A DNA stretch of 32,000 nucleotides from Sporomusa silvacetica DSM 10669 (GCF_002257705.2 NZ_CP155573.1:5037814-5069813); one strand, 5' to 3'. Positions 9,099 through 16,943 are shown, counted from the stretch's first letter. Numbers and translations: made by a program. Notes: generated by a model from the letters alone, not told the origin.

Positions 9099-9572
9099 CT
9101 ACTTGGTCTCCTGAACTGTCACCGCGATTGCCAGTGTCTTGGTTGCCAGTTTTCCCGCTTCCCAAGGCCGAGCAAAGCTAAAGCGGATGGTTTCTGTTCC
9201 CAACTCATCGCCCGCCTTCAGTATATAAGTATCACGCACCGGTCCGCCACACAGGTTCTTATCAGCTGACAACGGTTGGGAATCAGCTATTTGTGATGCT
9301 CTGACCAGCATAGGTTCTCCCTCTAGTTTCCACGAATAACCAGTTCCAGCTGCAGAAAGCAGTTCCACCCGGAACACTTCGCCTGGCTGGAGAGCAAGCG
9401 CCATGTCAACAACTCCCTGACCCAAACTGTCCGCCTGTACTGTCAGCTTAACAGACTCTTCCCGGTAAGCCATACCTTCCGCCGACACACTACCAGCAAA
9501 CAATAAAGGCAATACCATCATTACGAGTAACAGTTTAGCTAGCAGTTTCTTTGAAAAATCCCCCACAAACAT
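9099..9572 (-). CDS. Secreted chagasin-family (MEROPS I42) cysteine-peptidase inhibitor
   Basis: 157-aa ORF with an N-terminal signal peptide (LLLVMMVLPLLFAGSVSA/EG). Three loops match the chagasin/ICP signature as I remember it: AGTGYSW (NPTTGxxW-like), CGGPVRDTY (GxGG-like) and ARPWE (RPW). Confidence 0.6.
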   Translation of the reverse strand: MFVGDFSKKLLAKLLLVMMVLPLLFAGSVSAEGMAYREESVKLTVQADSLGQGVVDMALALQPGEVFRVELLSAAGTGYSWKLEGEPMLVRASQIADSQPLSADKNLCGGPVRDTYILKAGDELGTETIRFSFARPWEAGKLATKTLAIAVTVQETK

Positions 9573-9781
9573 CTTCCTCCCTAAATTCTATACTATTTTG
9601 AAAAACAGTTACCCTACGGCAAATTTAATCTGACCTGTACCATCCTTATAATAATAATCAATTGGTACCAGTTTCTCCGTGCTATATAAATTTTCCTGCT
9701 AGATTTTGTATAATCACAGGGCGTGAAAATGGTTTGCAAATCGAATCTATTGTTGAACTCAGATTTTTTTCTAAATAGGTA

Positions 9782-9809
9782 TTGTATTTCCTATTCTTTG
9801 TGTTATAAT
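9782..9809 (+). promoter_or_regulatory. Candidate promoter of the rubrerythrin gene (TTGTAT-N16-TATAAT with extended -10 TG)
   Basis: TTGTAT at 9782-9787, TG at 9801-9802 and TATAAT at 9804-9809, about 40 nt upstream of ATG 9849. Confidence 0.4.
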
Positions 9810-9816
9810 TATCCTA

Positions 9817-9831
9817 TAATAATAATTATTG
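9817..9831. promoter_or_regulatory. 7-1-7 inverted repeat TAATAAT-A-ATTATTG, a Fur/PerR-family-like operator
   Basis: Lies between the -10 element and the SD of the rubrerythrin gene. 6 of 7 half-site positions are complementary, and it resembles the PerR box TTATAATnATTATAA. Confidence 0.3.
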
Positions 9832-9848
9832 TTTGTGGAGGTAGATTT

Positions 9849-10397
9849 ATGAAAAAGTTTGTATGTACTATCTGTGGCTATGTTCACGAGGGCGACTTTG
9901 CTCCTGACGCTTGTCCCCAGTGCAACGCACCTGCTACTAAGTTTGTCGAACAGTCCGCTGCTGGTTTGAATTGGGCTGATGAGCATAGAATCGGCGTAGC
10001 CGCTGGCGTAGATACCCAAATCCTCGAAGGTCTGAAACTGAATTTTATGGGAGAGTGCACCGAAGTCGGCATGTATCTGGCAATGAGCCGCCAAGCTGAC
10101 CGCGAGGGTTACCCCGAGGTAGCTGAGGCATATAAGCGCATTGCCTTTGAAGAAGCCGAGCACGCCGCAAAATTTGCCGAATTGCTGGGTGAAGTCGTAA
10201 ACCCTTCTACCCAAAAGAACCTTGAACTCCGGGTAGAAGCTGAATATGGTGCCTGTCAAGGCAAACTGACTATCGCCAAAAAAGCTAAAGAACTTGGCTT
10301 GGATGCCATTCATGATACTGTTCATGAAATGTGCAAAGATGAAGCACGTCATGGCGCCGCCTTTAAGGGGTTACTAGATAGATATTTCGGGAAGTAG
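9849..10397 (+). CDS. rbr: Rubrerythrin with an N-terminal rubredoxin-like domain ('reverse' rubrerythrin)
   Basis: The ORF-track frame starts at GTG 9723, but GGAGG plus 7 nt precedes ATG 9849. [28 protein letters not shown] is a CxxC...CxxC rubredoxin knuckle. It is followed by a ferritin-like di-iron domain ([17 protein letters not shown]). Confidence 0.9.
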   Translation: MKKFVCTICGYVHEGDFAPDACPQCNAPATKFVEQSAAGLNWADEHRIGVAAGVDTQILEGLKLNFMGECTEVGMYLAMSRQADREGYPEVAEAYKRIAFEEAEHAAKFAELLGEVVNPSTQKNLELRVEAEYGACQGKLTIAKKAKELGLDAIHDTVHEMCKDEARHGAAFKGLLDRYFGK

Positions 10398-10410
10398 TAT
10401 TTGAAAACAA

Positions 10411-10448
10411 AAACACCTACGAGTCCATCAAACGACTCGTAGGTGTTT
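10411..10448. terminator. Bidirectional rho-independent terminator between the convergent rbr and dapA genes
   Basis: AAACACCTACGAGTC (10411-10425) pairs perfectly with GACTCGTAGGTGTTT (10434-10448), with an 8-nt loop. An A-run lies upstream and TTTTCTCTTC downstream. Confidence 0.75.
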
Positions 10449-10461
10449 TCTCTTCTAACTT

Positions 10462-11343
10462 CTACTTAATCAAGCCGTAAGCTTTCATTTCGCTACGGAG
10501 AAGTTCCAGGTTATGGTCCTCAAGCTCTGTTAACGGCATGCGGCATTGACCGGCCGTAAAGCCCAGCAGATTCACAGCTGCTTTAACCGGGATAGGGTTT
10601 ACTTCACTAAATAAGGCTTTTATGAGATTCAGTGTCTGAAGCTGCAACTTGATAGCACCCTTACAATCTCCCTGCAAGAATTTCGCAACCATATTGTGGG
10701 TATCCTGCGGGATAATATTAGCCATTACAGAAATTACACCTTGACCACCTAATGACAGTACAGGCAAAACACTATTGTCATCACCGGAATACACAGAGAA
10801 GTCCTCACCACACAAATTTACTACATCACCAACTTGACCGAGATTACATTCCTTAACGGCAATAATATTTTCGATTTTAGCTAATGCTTTTATCGTCTCA
10901 GGATTTATGTTCAAATTAGTTCTGCTCGGCACATTATATAATATTATTGGTATCTTAACACTATCAGCAATAAGCTTAAAATGCTTATATAAGCCCTTTT
11001 GTGTAGCTTTGTTATAGTAAGGAGTCACAGATAATAGTCCGTCAGCGCCCACTGCTTCAGCTGCTTTCGATAATTCTATGGCATGGCGGGTATCATTACT
11101 TCCCGTGCCGGCAATAACCGGTACGCGCTTGTTGACTGTTTCTACCGCAAACTTAATAGTAGCAATATGCTCATCATCTGGCATGGTGGAGGCTTCGCCC
11201 GTAGTAGCACAGATTACAATAGCATCTGTGCCGCTTTGGATTTGAAACTCAATTAGCTTTGCTAATGATTGATAATCAACACCATTGTCAGTAAATGGAG
11301 TTACAATAGCTACTGCAGACCCAGTAAATAATGGTTTTCTCAT
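10462..11343 (-). CDS. dapA: 4-hydroxy-tetrahydrodipicolinate synthase
   Basis: 293-aa ORF with the DapA motifs GTTGE, TPYYNK, YNVPSRT and the Schiff-base lysine context IIAVKE. SD AAGGGTGG lies upstream. Confidence 0.9.
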   Translation of the reverse strand: MRKPLFTGSAVAIVTPFTDNGVDYQSLAKLIEFQIQSGTDAIVICATTGEASTMPDDEHIATIKFAVETVNKRVPVIAGTGSNDTRHAIELSKAAEAVGADGLLSVTPYYNKATQKGLYKHFKLIADSVKIPIILYNVPSRTNLNINPETIKALAKIENIIAVKECNLGQVGDVVNLCGEDFSVYSGDDNSVLPVLSLGGQGVISVMANIIPQDTHNMVAKFLQGDCKGAIKLQLQTLNLIKALFSEVNPIPVKAAVNLLGFTAGQCRMPLTELEDHNLELLRSEMKAYGLIK

Positions 11344-11651
11344 AAGTTAACCACCCTTTATTCGTATTTGGTACTTCAAGTTATTAATACTATGATTATA
11401 TCCTATAAAACAACCAATTTCTATATAGATATCGCTCAAGCCGCTTTCTTTCTTAACAAAAATGCGTTCACGCAGTGACCCAAGTTTGCCTTATATACAT
11501 AAAAACAGCACCTAACAAATACAGTTGTCCTTATTTTATATATGACTAACATTATTCCCATTTCCGGGATGTGTCTTGCACTGTTTTTTACATGAATCAA
11601 TCACTTGGCCACAGCTGACCGGAACCGCATGTCATCTTTCCACCCCAAAAC

Positions 11652-11680
11652 AAAAAAGACTACATCTGGTAGTCTTTTTT
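11652..11680 (-). terminator. Rho-independent terminator downstream of the OMP gene
   Basis: AAAAAAGACTAC-ATCTG-GTAGTCTTTTTT, with the stem flanked by A6/T6. It starts 9 nt after the OMP stop codon. Confidence 0.7.
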
Positions 11681-11688
11681 GTTTCATC

Positions 11689-12309
11689 CTAATTAAATTT
11701 ATAGTTTGCACCAAAGCCAATGCCATCGGCTTTGATCCCCAAATCCTTATTGTCAAAGCTACGATACCCTGTATCAAGTGTGATGTTGTTGCCTACGTCG
11801 TAAGTGAGACCAGCTTTCCAGTCCTGCACGTTTTCAGAACGAATGTAAGAGGCGTAGCTGCCCACCTTGTTGGTAATAGCGCCTTTATACGCAATACCAC
11901 CAAACATTTCATTTGTGGAAATCGAGTCGCTGTTGGCTTTAAGTTCAGATTTTACATTACCTACAGAAACGGCAACATTTTTATTTAATTTATATTGCAG
12001 GCCAATTTCGGTTGAATTGAGACTCAGATTATTGTAATAGCCATTACTTGCTGAATAGAAGTTTTTGGACTCAGAATTCAGGTAGTCACCAGTAACAGCA
12101 AACTTGTCATTGAGGCCATAGGCTCCTTGAAAATTATTATTTTTTAAAGTTCCCAGATCGCCAAGTGTTCCCACACTTGTCTCTAAATTATTATAGGAAT
12201 AGCCTATTTGCCCTTGTCCTACGGCTACATCCATGCCTGGTACACTTGCAAAAGCAGTGCCGGCAAGGGTTAGAGAAGCAAGCACTGTTGATAGAATTAG
12301 TTTTTTCAT
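11689..12309 (-). CDS. Small outer-membrane beta-barrel protein (OMP_b-brl / OmpW-like class)
   Basis: 206-aa ORF with signal peptide MKKLILSTVLASLTLAGTAFA. It shows alternating aromatic/Gly-rich amphipathic strands and the C-terminal signature GFGANYKFN. A strong SD (GAGGAGGAAG) precedes the start. Confidence 0.65.
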   Translation of the reverse strand: MKKLILSTVLASLTLAGTAFASVPGMDVAVGQGQIGYSYNNLETSVGTLGDLGTLKNNNFQGAYGLNDKFAVTGDYLNSESKNFYSASNGYYNNLSLNSTEIGLQYKLNKNVAVSVGNVKSELKANSDSISTNEMFGGIAYKGAITNKVGSYASYIRSENVQDWKAGLTYDVGNNITLDTGYRSFDNKDLGIKADGIGFGANYKFN

Positions 12310-12625
12310 TGATACTCTTCCTCCTCAAGTTATATATAATTAGTAGTTATGGTAACTTGCTATACCTGTAGTATACTGTCCATTTTTTTGTTTTTATTTA
12401 GAACCTTGCGCTGAACTATGTGGAATTTCATGGATATTGTCAAAGAACTCCAGCCGACAGAGCAAATAATGTAAATCCCCAACACATACAAAAAACGAGA
12501 GCAGCCCCAAGAGCCGAATCACTTCACTTTCATGAGTGACTATCTCTTTAGACACACCCTCGTCTGTTTCTACTAATTTGGTGATTTTACGGATATCGGC
12601 TATACAGCCTTTATTGAATGATATA

Positions 12626-13267
12626 TTATGATTCTATATTTTTGTTGACAGTTTCAGGCCCCATAGCCAAAGCCAATAAAGTAATTACACCTAAAATACA
12701 CATATACACCACAATAGGCCACCAATGTCCACTCCAACTATATAGCGCAGTGCAAATAAACGGAGCCACTCCACCGGCAAGTATGGAGCCTAATTCACGA
12801 GAAAAAGCAAATCCAGATAAGCGAAAATCTGTATCAAATAATTCTGCATACCAGGAAGCCTGTGGCGTAATCATTGCTGGATAGGCTATCCCCAATCCTA
12901 CAATAAATCCCAGAATTATCGCCAAAACAGAGCCTGTGCCAACAATCATGAAAAAAGGAACAAGCCAAAGCATTGACAAGATAGTTCCACCAATATAAAC
13001 AGGCTTACGTCCAATTTTATCAGAAAGCATGCCATAAATGGGCATAGATATTAGTTGTGTCGCAGAAGCAATAATAACTCCCCATAACGCTGTAGACTTG
13101 GGTAGCCCTAGTCCGGTTACGAGATATGCCATAATGAAAACCGGATAGAAGTAGGCAAATCCATTCTCGCCCATGCGTGTGCCAATGACAATAAGAACTT
13201 CACGCGGATGACGCTTAATAGCTGAAAAAATACCAACATGTTTACCACTCTGTTCACGAGCAGCTTT
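12626..13267 (-). pseudogene. MFS transporter (metabolite:H+ symporter, MHS-like), C-terminal part, cut off by the IS3 insertion
   Basis: The frame stays open above the ORF-track ATG (13174) up to the IS junction: K-AAREQSGKHVGIFSAIKRHPREVLIVIGTRMGENGFAYF... GMLSDKIGRKP is the MFS loop 8-9 motif. The frame continues exactly from fragment 14483-14657 once the IS and one TSD copy are removed. Confidence 0.8.
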
Positions 13268-13341
13268 TGGATCGGCTACACTAAACTAGACAGAATTAAT
13301 AAGGTCATGTAAAACTATAAGAAAAGAAAAGGGAGATTTAC

Positions 13342-13629
13342 ATGACGGACAGACGAGCTAAAAGACAATTTACCAATCAATTCAAGCAACAAATGGTCCA
13401 ACTTTACAATAGCGGAAAATCCCGTTCAGAAATTGTCAAGGAATATGATCTAACCCCTTCCGCATTCGACAAGTGGGTTAGCCGAATCAATGCTACTGGA
13501 TCAGCAAAAGAATGTGATAATCGTACTCCGGAAGAAATAGAGTTAATCAAGCTTCGTAAAGAAAATCAGAAATTGAAGATGGAAAATGATATTTTAAAGC
13601 AAGCAGCGCTGATATTGGCACAAAAATAA
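13342..13629 (+). CDS. IS3-family transposase OrfA (HTH plus leucine zipper)
   Basis: 95-aa ORF. FKQQMVQLYNSGKSRSEIVKEYDLTPSAFDKWV is the HTH, and LRKENQKLKMENDILKQA is the leucine zipper typical of IS3 OrfA. The A5 run at 13622-13626 just before the TAA is the likely -1 slip site. Confidence 0.9.
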   Translation: MTDRRAKRQFTNQFKQQMVQLYNSGKSRSEIVKEYDLTPSAFDKWVSRINATGSAKECDNRTPEEIELIKLRKENQKLKMENDILKQAALILAQK

Positions 13630-13670
13630 TTGTAATCCGGCAAAATGCTCATAGATATTCTATATCAGCG

Positions 13671-14453
13671 ATGTGTAAATGCTTAAATATTGCCCGAAGT
13701 ACCTATTATTACGAGACAATTGGCAAGCCGGATGAAAATGATTTAGAAACAAAAATTGACTGGATTTTTCATGAGAATCACGATGTCTACGGAACAAGAA
13801 AGATCAAAAAAGAGCTGCAAAAATTAGACTATCAAGTTTCTCGTCGCCGTATCGGAAGAATCATGAAAAAGAACGGATTAGTCTCAAAATATACAGTTGC
13901 ACAATTTAAGCCTCATAAGCAGAAATGTAATGAAGAGCCTGTTAAAAATGAACTGAGACGGCAATTTACCGGACAAGCTCCCTATGCAGTAGTTGTCAGT
14001 GATTTAACGTATGTTCGGGTAAATTACAAATGGAACTACGTATGTATTCTTGTAGATTTGTTTAATCGAGAAATTATCGGCTATAGTGCCGGAATTCATA
14101 AAGATGCGCAATTAGTATATGATGCATTTGCAACAGTAAAGACGGATCTGAGAAACATTCAGATGTTTCATTCAGACCGGGGCAGTGAGTTTAAAAACGA
14201 ACTGCTTGATGAGGTGATTTCCACTTTTGAAATCAAACGTTCTCTTAGCATGAAGGGCTACCCTTATGATAATGCAGTGGCAGAGGCAACCTTTAAGATC
14301 TTCAAAACCGAATTTGTGTATGGGCGAAACTTCGATAGCTTATATCATTTACGCCATGAACTAGCCCGGTACATTGACTGGTTTAACAATATTAGAATTC
14401 ATGGTTCTCTCAATTACTTAACGCCAGTTCAAGTTCGACAATTGACCTTATAA
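13671..14453 (+). CDS. IS3-family transposase OrfB (DDE/rve catalytic domain), probably made as an OrfAB fusion by -1 frameshift
   Basis: The -1 frame is open from 13590, overlapping the end of orfA. The DDE triad contexts are VVSDLTY, FHSDRGSEF and YDNAVAEATF. The N-terminal YSISAMCKCLNIARSTYYY is the HTH_21-like motif. Confidence 0.9.
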   Translation: MCKCLNIARSTYYYETIGKPDENDLETKIDWIFHENHDVYGTRKIKKELQKLDYQVSRRRIGRIMKKNGLVSKYTVAQFKPHKQKCNEEPVKNELRRQFTGQAPYAVVVSDLTYVRVNYKWNYVCILVDLFNREIIGYSAGIHKDAQLVYDAFATVKTDLRNIQMFHSDRGSEFKNELLDEVISTFEIKRSLSMKGYPYDNAVAEATFKIFKTEFVYGRNFDSLYHLRHELARYIDWFNNIRIHGSLNYLTPVQVRQLTL

Positions 14454-14482
14454 ATATTGTCCGACTAAGTGTTGACAATCCA

Positions 14483-14741
14483 CTTTTGCTTTTTCAAAAG
14501 CTGGCGGCTCAACAATATGACGCCGAACAAAATAACCAACTACTACACAAACTGCACCAAAAATAAATGGGAGTCGCCATCCCCATTCCACAAAAAGATT
14601 GTCTCCCATTATAGATAGGCATGAAAAGAATACTACATTTGCCAAAAGTATCCTCTGTCATGTTGCCTACCCTCCCCGGAGTTGCCAATACAGCGCGCAA
14701 TTCCCTTTACATAAAATTTCTGAAAGTTCTTTTTTCTCCAT
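14483..14741 (-). pseudogene. MFS transporter pseudogene, 5' remnant (mid-protein segment plus a possible residual start codon region)
   Basis: 14657-14483 reads QRILLANVVFFSCLSIMGDNLFVEWGWRLPFIFGAVCVVVGYFVRRHIVEPPAFEKAK, the MHS TM6/loop region. An in-frame TGA lies at 14660-14658. ATG 14741 opens a 24-codon frame, MEKKELSEILCKGIARCIGNSGEG*, whose IGN resembles the MHS N-terminal IGNxxEWYDF. About 170 codons between the two pieces are missing. The N-terminal assignment is tentative. Confidence 0.5.
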
Positions 14742-14756
14742 CACAGCTGTGTCTTC

Positions 14757-14804
14757 CTGCTTGAAATAAGAAAAGACTTGGCTTGTGCCAAGTCCTTTAG
14801 GACG
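14757..14804. repeat. Copy A of a ~49-bp direct repeat (partner at 20189-20237)
   Basis: CTGCTTGAAATAAGAAAAGACTTGGCTTGTGCCAAGTCCTTTAGGACG matches copy B at 44 of 49 aligned positions, in the same orientation. Confidence 0.75.
14766..14794 (-). terminator. Rho-independent terminator of cstA (inside repeat copy A)
   Basis: Minus-strand reading is GACUUGGC-ACAA-GCCAAGUC followed by UUUUCUUAUUU. It lies about 85 nt after the cstA stop. Confidence 0.6.
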
Positions 14805-14877
14805 GCCAACTTGTGATTGGCTTACTTGTCAGTGTGCTCAACATCTGGCTGTTTAATGATCAGTTCTTCAAATAAAC

Positions 14878-16659
14878 TTATCTTTTTACCGCCTCATTTT
14901 GAATAAACCTAGACCATTTAAAGCTCGAGTCAACCACCGTTATGATGACAGCCAAAATCATCAAGGCCATCAGGATTGCATTTGTCAGCATTCCCTTAGG
15001 TAGATAGGTATTAAAGATAGACATACTCCCGGCCGTGACTGTAGTAACAAACAAAAAAGTCATTGGCACAAAAGTAACAAGTGCATAGCTTATGCTTTTG
15101 GTCTGTTTTAGGATGATAGTTGTGCCAATACACAGGGCAAGCGTTGCCAGCAATTGATTAGCTACTCCGAAGATAGGCCATATTGTCGATATATTTCCGC
15201 CATAAAGCAGATAACCCCAAATAAATGATACCAGTCCGCCAGTGATAATAACGCCCGGCCACCAGTTGACCTGCTCAAAGGGTTTATAAACCTTACCAAA
15301 TAAGTCTTGGACAATATACCGTGCCACCCTTGTACCGGCATCAATTGTTGTCAAAATAAATAAGGCTTCAAACATGATGGCAAATTGATACCAATAGGTC
15401 ATCAAATGCTGTAAGCCGGGAATACCGGCAAAGATAGCCGCCATCCCCACAGCCAGAGACACGGCCCCACCCGGCCTGTGGGCTACATCTTCACCGACCA
15501 TCGCTGACAAATGGGGTAAATCTACGATGGTATACCCTTGGGAGGCAAGACTGGGAAAGACGGCGGCCGAAGTATTTATGGCAAAATAATCACCAGGCTG
15601 CAATGAGGTGGCCGCAATCAGTGCCATAACCCCAACAAAACATTCAGTCAGCATAGCTCCGTACCCAATCATTAGGATGTCTCCCTCATTATCCACCAAC
15701 TTAGGTGTAGTGCCTGAACCAATTAGAGCATGGAAACCAGAGACAGCACCGCAAGCAATGGTAATCATCAGAAAGGGCCACACCGGACCGGCAATAATCG
15801 GTCCGCCACCATTAGTAAACACAGTAAATGCCGGCATCTGAATCTCAGGTCTTACAATAAATATTCCTAAAGCCAGACCAGCGATAGTTCCAATTTTCAA
15901 ATAGGAACTGAGGTAATCGCGTGGTGCCAGCAGGAACCAGACTGGTAACGTTGCTGCAACAAAGCCGTACGCCGGCAACAGAAGTTTCAATTGCGTATCA
16001 GAAAAGGTAAATAGGGATGCCCAGGCAGAAGCTTTAATAACCGGTCCAAGGACTACCCCCAGCAAGATAAGAATAGTACCAATAAATGAGGCTTCACCAA
16101 TATGTCCTGGGCGGAGATAACGCATGTATATTCCAATAAACATGGCAATCGGAATAGTTGCTGCAACAGTAAAGGTGCCCCAGGCATTATTAAATAGAGC
16201 ATTTACAATAACAATTGCCAGCCCCGCCATTGTCATAAGAATAATAACAAGAACAGCAAAGCTTGCGGCTGCCCCCGTCGTTTTTCCAACCTCATCTTTA
16301 GCGATTTCAGCAAGCGACCGTCCCTTGTGGCGAATTGACGCAAAAAGTACTACCATATCATGAACACCGCCGGCGAGAACGGCCCCGATCAGCAGCCAAA
16401 GAAACCCGGGTGCATAACCATACTGAGCAGCTAAGGTGGGACCAACAAGCGGCCCTGCACCGGCAATGGCTGCAAAATGATGTCCAAATACCACCCATTT
16501 GTTGGTAGGAATGTAGTCACGGCCATCATTGAGTTCATGCGCCGGTGTTTCACGACTTGGATTAATTGCTAAAATTTTCGCTGCAATAAAACAGCCGTAA
16601 AACCGATATGCCAGGACAAGCACCAAAGCAGTGATAATAATCAATGTTAATGCATTCAT
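14878..16659 (-). CDS. cstA: Carbon starvation protein A family transporter (CstA/BtsT-type peptide/pyruvate transporter)
   Basis: 593-aa polytopic ORF with a conserved CstA N-terminal region (YRFYG.FIA.K.L, VVFGHHFAAIAGAGPLVGP). SD GGAGGAAC lies upstream. Confidence 0.9.
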   Translation of the reverse strand: MNALTLIIITALVLVLAYRFYGCFIAAKILAINPSRETPAHELNDGRDYIPTNKWVVFGHHFAAIAGAGPLVGPTLAAQYGYAPGFLWLLIGAVLAGGVHDMVVLFASIRHKGRSLAEIAKDEVGKTTGAAASFAVLVIILMTMAGLAIVIVNALFNNAWGTFTVAATIPIAMFIGIYMRYLRPGHIGEASFIGTILILLGVVLGPVIKASAWASLFTFSDTQLKLLLPAYGFVAATLPVWFLLAPRDYLSSYLKIGTIAGLALGIFIVRPEIQMPAFTVFTNGGGPIIAGPVWPFLMITIACGAVSGFHALIGSGTTPKLVDNEGDILMIGYGAMLTECFVGVMALIAATSLQPGDYFAINTSAAVFPSLASQGYTIVDLPHLSAMVGEDVAHRPGGAVSLAVGMAAIFAGIPGLQHLMTYWYQFAIMFEALFILTTIDAGTRVARYIVQDLFGKVYKPFEQVNWWPGVIITGGLVSFIWGYLLYGGNISTIWPIFGVANQLLATLALCIGTTIILKQTKSISYALVTFVPMTFLFVTTVTAGSMSIFNTYLPKGMLTNAILMALMILAVIITVVDSSFKWSRFIQNEAVKR

Positions 16660-16676
16660 ACTAACTGTTCCTCCAA

Positions 16677-16943
16677 CTATTTTGATTTATGGCCAGATAT
16701 GGGCCATGCACCGCCACCAAAAAAAGAGTCCGCTTCGCGGTTGATACTGCGATACGGGTCTGTTTCATGTACTATCGCATTTGTTGGGCATACTTCAGTG
16801 CATAGTCCACAGCCTTTACAGACAGTATCATTTATACCATATTTTTCCTCTGTCGCGTAGATGGCTCCTTCTGGGCACACCTCCACACAGCGATTACATC
16901 GTTCACATTTATTAGTAATAAAGTATCTGATTAACTCTGCCAT
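16677..16943 (-). CDS. 2x[4Fe-4S] ferredoxin-type protein with a Gly-rich C-terminal tail
   Basis: Two CxxCxxCxxxCP motifs (CERCNRCVEVCP and CKGCGLCTEVCP). The ORF-track start is 16979, but GGAGGG at 16956-16951 is 7 nt from ATG 16943 (MAELIRY...). The stop is 17 nt before the cstA start. Confidence 0.85.
   Translation of the reverse strand: MAELIRYFITNKCERCNRCVEVCPEGAIYATEEKYGINDTVCKGCGLCTEVCPTNAIVHETDPYRSINREADSFFGGGAWPISGHKSK

Larger units (their letters stand above)
13268..14482 (+). mobile_element. Complete IS3-family insertion sequence (1215 bp) with 4-bp target-site duplication
   Basis: The termini are TGGAT...ATCCA (the TG..CA ends typical of IS3). Imperfect terminal inverted repeats match at 12 of the first 15 nt and about 24 of 35. 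The direct repeat CTTT is at 13264-13267 and 14483-14486. orfA and orfB lie in a 0/-1 frame arrangement. Confidence 0.9.

Noticed and set aside
9723-9848. N-terminal 42-codon extension of the rubrerythrin ORF (GTG 9723)
   Set aside because: The translation is low-complexity ([40 protein letters not shown]) and covers the promoter-like AT-rich region. A GGAGG SD serves ATG 9849. The 5' extensions of the MarR (to 22649), MCP (from 22672), kinase (to 27848) and ferredoxin (to 16979) ORFs were rejected on the same logic.
9771-10352. 193-aa minus-strand ORF antisense to rubrerythrin
   Set aside because: It lies entirely within and opposite a gene with clear family motifs, and it has no SD or motif of its own.
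11344-11688. Lysine (L-box) riboswitch upstream of dapA
   Set aside because: I searched the minus strand by eye for the conserved L-box core elements and found none. This is reported only as an unexplained long leader.
12367-12625. Stop-free minus-strand frame of about 79 codons between the MFS stop and the OMP promoter region (..NKGCIADIRKITKLVETDEGVSKEIVTHESEVIRLLGLLSFFVCVGDLHYLLCRLEFFDNIHEIPHSSAQGSK)
   Set aside because: It has no ATG. The only GTG starts give 42-53 aa with poor or mis-spaced SDs, and I recognise no family. It may be a gene remnant, but I cannot support calling a CDS.
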